Positions 16,491-29,276 of a stretch of 64,000 bases of DNA are shown here, one piece after another. The notes under the pieces were generated by a model. It did no database searches and was not told where the DNA came from. It worked only from the letters and a program-made list of their open reading frames with translations. Both the position numbers and the translations under genes were made by a program. This DNA comes from the human T2T-CHM13v2.0 reference genome, Homo sapiens. The stretch is taken from NCBI RefSeq assembly GCF_009914755.1, contig NC_060937.1, one strand, 5' to 3'. How positions within the stretch are numbered: position 1 is the first letter of the stretch; every line of letters begins with the position of its first letter.

Positions 16491-17590
16491 TTTTTTTATT
16501 ATACTTTAAGTTCTAGGGTACATGTGCACAACGTGCAGGTTTGTTACATATGTATACATGTGCAATGTTGGCGTGCTGCACCCATTAACTGGTCATTTAC
16601 ATCAGGTATATCTCCTAATGCTATCCCTCCCCCCTGCCCCCACCCCACAACAGGCCCCAGTGTGTGATGTTCCCCACCCCATGTCCAAGTGTTCTCATTG
16701 TTCAATTCCCACCTATGAGTGAGAACATGCGGTATTTGGTTTTTTGTCCTTGTGATAGTTTGCTGAGAATGATGGTTTCTAGCTTCATCCATGTCCCTAC
16801 AAAGGACATGAACTCATCATTTTTTATGGCTGCATAGTATTCCATGGTGTATATGTGCCACATTTTCTTAATCCAGTCTATCATTGATGGACATTTGGGT
16901 TGGTTCCAAGTCTTTGCTATTGTGAATAGTGCCACAACAAACATATGTGTGCATGTGTCTTTATAGCAGCATGATTTATAATCCTTTAGGTATATACCCA
17001 GTAATGGGATGGCTGGGTCAAATGGTATTTCTAGTTCTAGATCCTTGAGGAACCACCACCCTGTCTTCCACAATGGTTGAACTAGTTTACAGTCCCACCA
17101 ACAGTGTAGAAGTGTTCCTATTTTTCCACATCCTCTCCAGTACCCATTGTTTCCTGACTTTTTAATGATCCCCATTCTAACTGGTGTGAGATGGTATCTC
17201 ATTGTGGTTTTGATTTGCATTTCTCTGATGGCCAGTGATGATGAGCATTTTTTCATGTGTTTTGGCTGCATAAATGTCTTCTTTTGAGAAGTCTCTGTTC
17301 ATATCCTTCACCTACTTTTTGATGGGGTTGTTTGATTTTTTCTTGTAAATTTGTTTGAGTTCTTTGTAGATTCTGGATATTAGCCCTTTGTCAGATGGGT
17401 AGATTGTAAAAATTTTCTCCCATGTTGTAGGTTGCCTGTTCACTCTGATGGTAGTTTCTTTTGTTGTGCAAAAGCTCTTTAGTTTAATTAGATCCCGTTT
17501 GTCAATTTTGGCTTTTGTTGCCATTACTTTTGGTGTTTTAGCCATGAAGTCCTTGCCCATGCCTGTGTCCTGAATGGTATTGCCTAGATT
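16491..17590 (-). mobile_element. 5'-truncated L1PA (L1PA5/PA6-like)
   Basis: L1 3'UTR and ORF2 C-terminus (ORFs 16702..17271 and 17312..17560). The whole insertion 16414-17649 is bracketed by CAGGGAGGCA(A)TTTT repeats at 16400 and 17650. Confidence 0.95.
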
Positions 17591-17650
17591 CTCACTCTGT
17601 CACTCAGGCTGAAGTGCAGTGGCATGATCACAGCTCACTGCAGCCTTGAC
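17591..17650 (-). mobile_element. 60-bp AluJ/FRAM-like fragment fused to the 5' end of the L1
   Basis: The - strand reads GTCAAGGCTGCAGTGAGCTGTGATCATGCCACTGCACTTCAGCCTGAGTGACAGAGTGAG. Confidence 0.88.
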
Positions 17651-17664
17651 AGGGAGGCAATTTT

Positions 17665-18185
17665 AAGGAAACCAGTGAAGACAAGTTATGGGCATTGGAC
17701 ATAAACCTTTTCTCTGAGAAGAAAGAGTAGGAGGGATGGAATCAATCCAGGACAGCTAGCTGGGGACATGATGGTTCTCTGCTGGATAGAACGATCTGGA
17801 TTTTAAACAGGAAAGGATGGGCATTTGAGAACAAAAGAAGATAGATGATAAATAAAGACATGAATTCACTTTGACTTTAGAGAAAGGAAGTAAAGGGTCT
17901 TTTGGAGCAAAGGGAAAGGTTAATGGAGGGCCCTGATATCCAGCCTGAGAAGAGTACATTTAATCTGATCAGTGAAAAGGATCCACCAGAGGCTCCTAAG
18001 TAGAGTAAAGACATAATGAAAAGGAGTTTAGGAAGATTTTCTAGCAGCATTGTGCAGGTGGAATTGGAGCGAGAAAGACTCTAAGCAAAGAAACCAGTGA
18101 AATTGCTACTGCAGCCTCCTGGTTTAAAGTGATGGGATCCCATACTAGGGTGATGCTGGTAGAAAGGAGAAAAGGGTCTGATTTA
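17665..18185 (-). mobile_element. LINE-2 relic (probably continues at ~16275-16399; host of the L1 insertion)
   Basis: Purine-rich L2-like motifs, e.g. TTTAGGAAGATTTTCTAGCAGCATTGTGCAGG and AAACCAGTGAAATTGCTACTGCAG. Boundaries approximate. Confidence 0.5.
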
Positions 18186-20118
18186 TCAAACTCTGTGTGT
18201 TTTGAAGATTACATGTGTACCTGAAATGAATGAATGTTCCTCAGAATAACAATCTCTTTACTATATACAATTTTATATCATCCTTCTACCACCTCCCATC
18301 TCCCAGAAACTATACAAATAAATTCTAAGGAAGCATGAGTTTTACAAGAATAAATTTGTTCAGTATTCTTCCACTAGGAGCTTAAGTCCATGTGTTTCAG
18401 TATCTTCCAAGATGGATATGCACAGCGATGACTACGAATGTCTTTCATTTCTTATCCCCAAACATATTATAAACAAGCCAGCTATATACATTTTTGCTGG
18501 GAAAATATGGCAGATTAAGACAATCTTTGATTTAACAAAATTTGAGCTTTTTCTTTTTGGATATTTAATTGCCTGCTAAGTGTATATATATATTTTTATT
18601 ATTGAAAAAATCAGAGGGACATTCTCAGTTTTTTATCCCCTAACTATACCTATTTAGAAAGTAGATACTGATTGGTAATTTATAATATAACATTATACCA
18701 GCATTTCAGTTTTAGCTACTAGTTATCTTACATCCATGTGTGCTTGTCTTTTGAAGATTGCTTTAAGAGTTTTCTAGGTCTTGTTTTCTTTCTAGAAAAC
18801 AAGTAGAAGCCTTTATATTAATATCTGTATGTGCATAACTTGATGAGCACTTTTGCTTCTTAGAGAACCTAACACCTATCTGCAATCTTCTCAAAGTTCA
18901 ACTGTTTATCCTTAGATAACTTGCCCATTTTCTTCTTTGCCTATACTATTTATAAGTGCAAACAATGGTAAAATATCAATTTTAATAATGTGAAACTATT
19001 TCAGGATTTTATCAGATGTTCAGAAACTTTAATGATATAAGTCATATTTGATGTATGGAGTCACCGCTAGGGACCAATTCTTATGAATAAATTTTTTTTT
19101 CTGGTCTTTGCTAACATTAAAATATTTTGAGAAGCTAATTGGCCAAATGATAGCAAAATAAGTAGCTGAACGAGGAGTCTGGCTATGTTAACTGGATTGA
19201 TTAGGTAATAAATTTTTACTGAATTTATTTAAGCACATTTTGTTAAGCACCTTGGTGGGGGCTAAGCATAATGCTCGTAATTGGGTAGCAAGAAGTGTGT
19301 AATTTTTATGGAATATCTTATGGAATGCATAGCCCTTGAGAAGACCAGGCATATTCACAACATATTTAATGGAAGTCAGACTTGGGAATACAACAGCACA
19401 TAGTTTAAAATGAGAGTGAAATTTTTTCGTGGTGGGATTGTAAAAGATCAAGGATATGTTAGTCTGAGGTTATTGATTTCACAAATAATTGGTGTTTCTG
19501 GGACTGTTATGTAAGGTGTCCAATAGAAGAGAGAAGCAGGTTAGAAATCTAGGACTGAAGATTGGGCCTGAAGAATGAATGGCCTTAATCATGATCTAAG
19601 GAGTGTGAACTTGATTCTGAAGACATTAGAAAAGTATCTGTGATGTTTGATCAAGGAAGATACTTTATGACATCAGAGCCATAAATAAGTGCTTTGTAAA
19701 ACAGTGCTTTCGCCAATGTAAAAATAGAAATCATTTAGAATAGCAGTAACCATTATATCCGCTTGGGAGAGATTATGGGATTCTATTTTTATTCCATGAC
19801 CATAGAGAATCAATCCATTACTTCACTATATTTTGTATTCTCAAGATTCCAGCAGATAATTATCAACATTTATTAGTGAATCTGTTTATTGATTATGTTC
19901 AATTGTTGAAAAATGTTATCAAAATATACTACTAAAAGTATCCACAGCAAAAAATTTCCAGTAAAAAGTCAAAATGCAATTCTTCTTTTTTTTTTTTTTT
20001 TTTTTGGTAAATTGGTATTAAGTGGGGATGAGAGCAAGGGAACTGTTTTTCTATTAAATTTTCAAGGTTCATTTTATTAAGAGACAAGAAATTGAAAAAT
20101 TAACTCATCATCACGCTA

Positions 20119-20468
<350 letters not shown>

Positions 20469-21469
20469 TTAATTCTTTTAAAATGCCCTCTCATCAGGAC
20501 ACAAACTCTCATAAAAATGTAATTCAAAGCTTTGAATATCACATTGTGGTTCTGACAGCCAACATAATTATTTCCTTTTAATACTTTTCCTACTTTGTAT
20601 ATGTCATATGCAGTTCATTTCACATACATTTTATTATTTCCAAATATGTCTAATATTTTGGTAGTATAATTGTTTTTAGAAGTAGTGTACAAATGAAGAA
20701 TTTGGTATTCTTATTTCACTGAGTATGGAACTTAGCATTTTCTTTTAAAATAGGAGACAGTAGTACGTTCAGTCTTTCATCCTCAAAATATGTAACTTAC
20801 TTTTTATTATAAGCTACACCAACTCTTTATATCATTGTTACTTGGTCTTTGTTTATGGTGAGTTGGAAGCAAACATTTCTGCTATAGTCCTAAATGTTAT
20901 TTCAGTTAATAGTTTCTTACTGAATAGAGTTAGAGGGTATTAGAGGAGTTGGAAAAATATACTGTACCAACGTCTGGAGTAGTAAGGGATTTTTATGTTT
21001 CCTTTCTTTCGTTTCGTAACCAGCCTATGTTTAGGTCATAGTGAAGGTGATATCATTATCTTTACAGAGTAGTTATCTGAGTGCATGTAACCTCATTTTC
21101 TATAATGGGAGGTTATGGATGAAGAGCATATCCTACTTCCTAATACTGTCATAGTCAGGGCTCTTAAGCATCATTTTTGTATGTGATGTCTGTATTAAAC
21201 TAAATTGCAATTCTAGGTGAAAGGTAATATTGGGAACATCTAACTCAGTTCTGATGTTTTCAAAGTGAACCACAATTCAAATCAGTATTCAAGAGGCTCA
21301 AACTTCTCTATTTTAAGAGAAATGGAGTCTGTCAACTCTTCACTGTCTTCTTCACATCTCCTGCAGCAATCTGCAGAGCAAATTATTGCTTTCACCATGT
21401 TCCTACCATCTCTAGTAATGCTAATTACACTAACTTGCATTTAATTCTGTAATGTTATGTCATCCATTC

Positions 21470-21575
21470 TGGATGTGAACTTGTTAATGGGATCTTATTC
21501 AGCTTTTCTAGTGCCTAGCATATTGTCAAGGACACAGTGGGCTTTAAATAAATCCTTATTGAATGAATGAATGAT
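21470..21575 (+). mobile_element. LINE-2 3' end
   Basis: CTAGTGCCTAGCA...AATAAATCCTTATTGAATGAATGAATGA terminus. Confidence 0.65.
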
Positions 21576-23941
21576 GGAAAAATCAAAGACAGGCTACAAA
21601 TATATGAATGTCAGGAATTTTATTTACTACACTTTGATTTTAAGCAAATATTAATGGTTATACAAAGAACTCTTCAGGAAAGCTATTCTTTTTAAAGAAA
21701 TTTCCACTGGGCTTTGAGACAGAGGAAATACACCTTCATAGGCAAATATGGCAGAGAGGGTGAAGGAAACGGATAAAAAGGTTGTCTATCAGAATAAGGA
21801 CAGATAGTGTTTTTAGTAATCATGCTAAAATAATGGGAGATAATAGGAATGATTGAAAGAAATCTTCTTGGGTTTATGACTAAACCAGACACCTACTTGT
21901 TCACTTTTTAAAATTCAATTGTACATATATTTTTTAAACTTCCTAAGGTTAAACCTTCCAAGGTCAAGAGTAAGAGTATAGGGATGTTGTAGCTAGTTTG
22001 GAATGCATTCCATCCTAGCTCCTGCAAGCTCCTTTCACTCAAAAGTGCTCAGAGATGTGATTAGAACCCCCAGTTTTTCATCCTAGAGCAGACTTCCTTT
22101 GTCTAGGTCTTTGGCCTGAAAATTCAGCATCCCACGTGTCTTGCTGCACCACTGAGATCATCTTTGTTAGGTAATTTGAGCACTCATTCAGAAATACTGC
22201 AATCACAAATTATTTTGCAGTGATTCTAGATAGGAGGGTATTAGTAGCTGCTAGGATCATCAATTTAGCTAGAATAGGTTTTTACAGCCAAGTTGGGTTT
22301 TTATGACCCATTACAAACCACTCTTTGTACACATGAAAAAGCAGCAGAAGTGGCATGTCTACAGGAATAATTAGACATAGCATGATGACTACAACCCGTT
22401 TTCTTGATTCTCCTCAGTTATTTTGTCTGTAGTAGTATAAATGGAGCTTTAAGACACTGCTCAGGATGAATTGTTCGATTGAGGTAACAATGTGACTGAA
22501 AGATATGTAGAAATTGTCTCTTGCTGTTAGATTCGATGTTTGCTTTTTCTTTGAAAATATGAACTTGAACGAGGTTAATGTTAATAAGGTACTTCTGTAG
22601 CTTTATTTTTTAAACTGTTGAAATTTATTTTTTGTGAGTGTCATTACTTTTTTATTTTTTGTTTGATAAGTTTCAGATTTATGAAAATAAAAAAAGAATT
22701 TTTAAAAAAATCAATGCCATTAGCAGAAATATAAAGTATTTTACTAATTTTTTTTGGGGGGTGGGTGGTGGTGCTTGCTGTGTCAGGTTCTCTGGTTTGA
22801 AAGGCCAGTAACCTGCCTTACATCACAGAGTAAGCAAGAATTAAGTAGGAGACTGAATCTAAAATCCATTCATTTAGCCAAATGCATCATGGCTGCAGAC
22901 TGCTTTGCTATATAAGGGGCCACTGAAACTTGATTCTAGCTGTCATTGTCATTAACTCATGACTTTATCAAATTCTTATGTTAGTGGCAAAACAGTTACA
23001 GTATAAAGTTGAGAATTTGTTGCTTCTTTATATGGAATTTCTCTTCTATTAGCTGTAACATTTACATTTTAGATATTCAGGTTCAAAACCAAATTAAAGC
23101 AAAAACATGCAAATGTTCTCATCACATGTTTAGGAGAGATTATGTTAACCTTTTTTTTCTGATTTTGCCCATCATCAGCATGTGCACAGAAGTTTTTTAG
23201 AGTAAAATACCTTCTTCCACAGATTGGTTTGGCACATTAGACCATAGGTTAATTCCCTCTGTCCATTCTGCTCCATCTCACCAAAGTTACGTGATGAGGA
23301 AATCAATCCCTTTTCTAGAAAAGGATGCACACATTACTTTTGATCAAGACATTCTAATTGGCCGTATTCCCCAAATGAGCATTTCTATTAAATATTCAAA
23401 ACTCAAACTTAAAATGATCATGCAAAACTTAAGTCTTTAGTTCATATACATGAAATGTTATATAAACTAAATTATCAGTCCTTTCAATTTCAATTATCAG
23501 ATGAGTTTATGTCTTGATAACCTGGATCTTGGTTATACATTTCTCTGTACAATTTTCATCGAGTTGCCTTGGAGGAGTTCAATGCCTGTTTGTATAATAG
23601 CTTTTCATTGTTTCAGTGAACCTCTCATCATTATCAAAGGGCTTTTCAGAAAAGAGTTAAGTCTGATAGCCTGAGCATTAATGAACTAAACCAAAAATAG
23701 ATTTAATCAGGCATGTGCATGCCGCTGTTCATAAATAATGTCTATTCATTGCTGAGTTAAACTAGATGTCAAGTTTTTTTCCCTTTAATCTTGTACATGA
23801 TTCTGCACATAGGGCCAAGGAAACCACACCTATGCTGTATACTTTTCTCTGTGTCTTTCTTAAGTATCTGTATGATGGCTTTAGTTATAACCAACTTCCT
23901 TAGAGTGGAGTTAGACTTAATTAACAATGAATTGATAATTA

Positions 23942-24263
23942 CAGACATGTGCTTCATAATGATGTTTTGGTCAAGGATGAACCACATATGTGATGATGGT
24001 CCCAGATGATTGTAATATAGCTTAAAAATTCCTGTTGTGAAATACTTATCATTGTGGTATAATTTCCTTACATTATTCAATAGAATAACATACTGCACAG
24101 GTTTGTAGCCTAAGAGCAAAAGACTATACCATATAGCCTTGGTGTACAGTATGCTATATCATCTAGGTTTATGTAAGTACACTCTATGAGGTTTGCACAG
24201 CAGTGAAATCTCTTAACACTCATTTTTCAGAATATGTCCCTGTCATTAAGTGATGTATGACTA
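23942..24263 (+). mobile_element. Tigger3a/MER7-type MITE
   Basis: TA followed by CAGACATGTGCTTCATAATGATGTTTTGGTCAAGGATGAACCACATATG, ending TCATTAAGTGATGTATGACT; inverted termini. Confidence 0.82.
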
Positions 24264-24699
24264 CGTGTGAATTTTGAGCTTCTTAGAAAGGCATAGTGTA
24301 AGTTGAAGTACTTTCATGGAGGATATTTTTCCATATGAAAATCACCATGATCAAAAGCTCACAAAGGACTATTATCCAGATACTAATTAAATAAGAATAT
24401 AAATAGGAGACTTGCCTCTGTAAATATTGTCAAACAAGACTGAGTAACGTAATCTGGATACTTGCATTAACATTTGATTTTATTCTGTTTTCCATATCTA
24501 AGTGGAACTGTTTTATTATATATGAAACAGTGTTTTTATCAAAATTCTTTTGTCCCATCCAGTAATAAATGTCTTGTATAAGATTCAATAAGGAATCCTC
24601 CTTTATCAAGCCTCAGAAGACATTCCTGCTTTCAAACTTCCAGATACTTAAAATGACAACAACAACAATAAAAACAAAATAAAACTTCTTTGAGCATCT

Positions 24700-25230
24700 C
24701 TTCATTCATTAGTTAATCTGCTTCTTTATTAAGTGAACATTTATTGATTGTCTACTACATATAGAAAGGTACAAGAAACATAATTCAGAATTCTCATCTT
24801 CAAGTAGCTAAGGGCACTGTACTGTGTAAAGACACAAGACATTGAATTCTTGAGCCAAATACCCATGACTGAGAGCAGGGATAGATATAGTATAGGCACT
24901 TAATAAATATTTGTGAAATGAGTGAACAAAGCACAATGTAAGGATGCCCATGCATGCTGTGATAAAAGTACAGATGAGGAAGGTTCCTTAATCCATAAGG
25001 AAGGGTCCGAGATGAAGTATAAGGAAAGACTAGGAAAAGGAGGAAGTCAACCACCACACATTAAGGGATGGGTTAGGAATTACAGGCATTGTGGTATTGC
25101 CAGGACATCCAGTATGAAACAGAGGCTGTCTAGAATTAAGGTGTGAAACGCAGGTGGGCACCCTGTCATGGAGGTCCTGATGGTCAGAGATTGAATTGAG
25201 TTTTATTTATTCACCTAGATGATGATTGTT
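24700..25230 (-). mobile_element. LINE-2 fragments
   Basis: TTCATTCATT...AACATTTATTGATTGTCTACT plus purine-rich L2 body motifs. An opposite-strand L2/MIR end is embedded near 24890-24925. Confidence 0.5.
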
Positions 25231-25323
25231 GGCTGGGTTAGTCTCCTTAGCAGAAATTCTTTCTTCTGCACTCTATGGATACAAATAATAACACCCTCTT
25301 TTATTAACACCCTCTTTAAATTA

Positions 25324-25692
<369 letters not shown>

Positions 25693-25717
25693 TCATCCAC
25701 TTAATCATGTTCCACTC

Positions 25718-25877
25718 TTTTTTTTTTCTTTGAGACGGTGTCTCGCTCTATTTTTAGTAGAGATGGGATTTCACCATGTTGGCCACGATGGTCTCGATCT
25801 CTTGACCTCGTGACCTGCCTGCCTCAGTCTCCCAAAGTGCTGTGTGCGATTACAGGCGTGAGCCACCGCGCCTGGCC
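25718..25877 (-). mobile_element. AluSc-like element with most of the right arm internally deleted
   Basis: Tail plus GAGACGGTGTCTCGCTCT is joined directly to ATTTTTAGTAGAGA and the left arm. TSD CA(T/G)GTTCCACTCTT at 25706-25719 and 25877-25890. Confidence 0.9.
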
Positions 25878-26559
25878 AGGTTCCACTCTTGCTCATAGTT
25901 CTCTAGTGTTCATTATTTGTTTTATCCACCACTGGAGGTTTTTTCTCACTTCCAGTTAGTAGCTTCTCAGACTTTATGTTTGTGCATTTTTATCACAAGA
26001 GCCAAATATTTACAGTTGAGCAAGACAGAGAAAGTAACATAAAAAGTTAACAATTCCAGGGAGGACACTGAAATAACAAGTCAGCCTTTTGTTAATTTCT
26101 TCTTCTTAGCAATACACTGGCTTCCTGATGTAATCTCATCACATGTTTTAATTATGTGAGCCTCCTCATCTGTAATCCCAAAGTGCTTTGCAGATATTTT
26201 ATGTCAATTTGGAATTGAGCCATAAGTGCTCATTCTTATTTTATGAGTAAGGAAAGTTGTTGTCATTCAACAAGTGTGAACTTAGAAAAACTTCAGTACT
26301 TGTTGCTGCAAGAACCTCCCACTCCCACACAATACCACTCTCTTCTTTGCAGCTGTGGGGACTGGTCAAAGGTGTTTCTTTCTGATGCATCTGCACTTTG
26401 CATAGAAGAGATATAATAGCTCCCTCAACTTCTGCATTTCCCTGAAGAATGCGTACTTCTGTGGAAGGAGTAGAAGCTGCTAGGAGCTCCAACACTTCCC
26501 ACTTTTTAGTGGCTGTATTTCATAAAATACAGTTTAAGGTAAGGATGAACCTTTAGGAA

Positions 26560-27000
26560 ATAGTTTATTTATGAAAGATCTTGTAAGCCATGACAAGGAA
26601 TTTGTATTTTATCCTGAGGACATATGAAGTCATTGGCATACATAGAAGAGTTAATATGATCAATTTGTCATGGAAAAATAGAAAGCTCCAGCTGCAATGA
26701 AGATAATGGACTGGAGTCCAGTAAGCCTGAAGGCATCTAGACCAGTGAAAAGGTTGTTAAAATAATCTAAGCTTGAAGGGATGGTGGTCTATAACAGGAT
26801 AATACATTACAGATAATTTTGAAAGTTATTTAAGGGCAAGATCTGGCAGGAGCAAGTGATTGGATAAGTTTAAGAGAGAGAGAAAAGAATCAAAGATAAT
26901 GTCTAATTGAAGGGCTGGGCAACTGGGTATATCATTGAGATAGACAGCATGTGGAGAGGACCAGGTTATTGGAGCAAGGAAATGAGTTTGTCTTTAAAAG
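26560..27000 (-). mobile_element. LINE-2 fragment
   Basis: CTTGTAAGCCATGACAAGGAATTTGTATTTTATCCTGAG and AGAATCAAAGATAATGTCTAA are L2-like. Confidence 0.6.
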
Positions 27001-27149
27001 TAATTTATATTACTCACAAAATTAAAGCTTTAGCTTTTTCTCCAGTTAAAAATGTATTGCAAATCTTTGAGCTGAGAAAACTTCTGCTCTATGTGTAGTT
27101 CCTCATCTAGATCTTTTCCTAGTTCATTCATTTAGATGTTGTATTAAAA

Positions 27150-27482
27150 TAGGGTTTGGCAGACTATGGCCTGTGGGCTAAATGTGCCCTGCTGTCTGGT
27201 TTTGTGTGGCCCACAAGTTAATAATGGCTTTTACGTTTTTAAATGGTTGGGGGAGGGGAATGTTTTAAAGAATATTTCCTGACAAGTGGAAATTATATAA
27301 TATTTAAATTTCAGTTTTCACACATAAAATTGTGTTGGAACACCATCATGCCCATTCATGTACATGTTGTACATGGAAGCTTGTGTGTCATAGCCACAGA
27401 GTTGAGTAGTTGCAGCAGGGACCTTATTACAATGCCTAACATTTATGCTAACTGACCCTCTACAAAAATGTTTTCCAATCCT
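27150..27482 (+). mobile_element. MER58B (hAT-Charlie MITE)
   Basis: AGGGTTTGGCAGACTATGGCCTGTGGGCTAAAT...TTGGAACACC...CAGAGTTGAGTAGTTGCAGCAG...; about 330 bp. Confidence 0.82.
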
Positions 27483-28516
27483 TACTAAATGATTGTCTCA
27501 TTCTCGAATTTGATGATGCTAAATTTAAAACAAAATTCTTTTTAAAAATTCAATAGCATTCTAGTTGAGGGATCAGGTACTTTCGGGTTTTCAGATTTAT
27601 AAGCTGTGTCAGCCACCAGATGCTCCAATGTAAAACTCGTTAATGCACTTAATTACTATTGACTTTTTCTAATATCTATGATACCAGAGCAGTGTATTTC
27701 AGAAAAGATGTAGTTAATCTAGGTGGAAGAAAAAATTGAGATGCCATCTTAGCTGGGTTTATCTTTATGCTAACAATAAAAAATAATAATAGCAAATGCT
27801 TTCTCTGGGTCGCTTCAAGTTGCAGTATCATTAACAATACAGCAATATTTTATGTTACAGTAAACTTTATTAGAATGTGTTAGGTAGTGAGGTGATGCTA
27901 TGTGCTACATGGTAGCTGTTATAGCTGAAATTGGTTTGCAGTCATGCTTCAGCCTATTTGCTTTTAGAAAAAAATAACTTTATCCAGCCAACCATAGTAA
28001 TAACTATTTTTCAAGTAGCATCTCATACTATTTTCAGGATTATAAGTAAGCCTTGATACTATGAGACAGATTTTTCTACTGCATACAAAGCAAGGCATTG
28101 TATATTCACTTGTTCAGTTTGCTTAAAGTGATATAAAATATTTTAAAGTATATTAGAAATGTATTCCTCAGCCAATTAACAATAGCTGATCTAATAAGCA
28201 TTACCCTTTGATTTGGAAACACTTGAGTCAATTGTCATCTGTTTTAAAATATGATATCTTTTGCTTCAGCGCTTCTTTGAGAATTACTATCATATTTACA
28301 TGACGGTCATAATTATAAGATGTCTATGAGTATTAACCCTTTTTACCATGAAATAGTAAGCCTCAAGTGGAAGCTATACAACTCGTCTTTTTGTTTATAC
28401 TAATGATCAAATGTAGTGGCACTTTGGCCCATTGTTTTGCTTCTTTTAGTCTTACCAATTTATTTACATTGAGATTTTAAATAAAATTTGAACAACTAAG
28501 ACATATTTGTGTTTAT

Positions 28517-28686
28517 TCAAACAGAACATGGATTAAAGTAGATATTGAGAAGCATTGGTGTATATTACATATGGGCTAATGATGGTTTCCTAATCCAAAA
28601 CTCAAACAGAACATGGATTAAAGTAGATATTGAGAAGCATTGGTGTATATTACATATGGGCTAATGATGGTTTCCTAATCCAAAAC
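28517..28686. repeat. Perfect 85-bp tandem duplication (2 copies)
   Basis: 28517-28601 is identical to 28602-28686. Confidence 0.97.
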
Positions 28687-29276
28687 TCTTGCCATTTATG
28701 TCACTGGTTCATTTCCCCAATTCCTGTAATGTGCCAACCTTTCCCTCCAGCATGACATACCTTTGCACATATGAATTAGCTTTGTAAGCTTAACTTATGT
28801 ACCCTACTTGTGTTTTGAGACTACCTTGAGTGATTCTTAAATGATAAGCTCTATTTGCATGGGCTTAATAAATCCATGGAGCCTTCAAAACATTTGAGGA
28901 TTATTTTGTGAAAACTCTTCAGCCTTGGACATTGCCTAATTCTTGAATTATTAACTACTGATGGCGTCGAAGACCCAAGTCATTCCTGAATTGCATTCTC
29001 TGGTTCTAAAATCTGCTTTCTCTAATTCTAAAATCCTTCCTCTCCCCCCACTTTCATTCAATATGCCCCTGTGTTTAATGTGTCTTTCCATTCCTACCTT
29101 TCTTTTGACTAGCCTTCCCAGTTTATGGTGTGAAAGCAAGTTGAAATTAGAACATTGAGTGAGATCGTCAAGAGTCAGGCATTAGACTTTGTGGAGTGCT
29201 TACCATGTACTGTGCACTTTACACAAGTTGAAGTTGAGTTTATGTAAATCTCATAAGTAACTTTTAAGGGAAGTAT

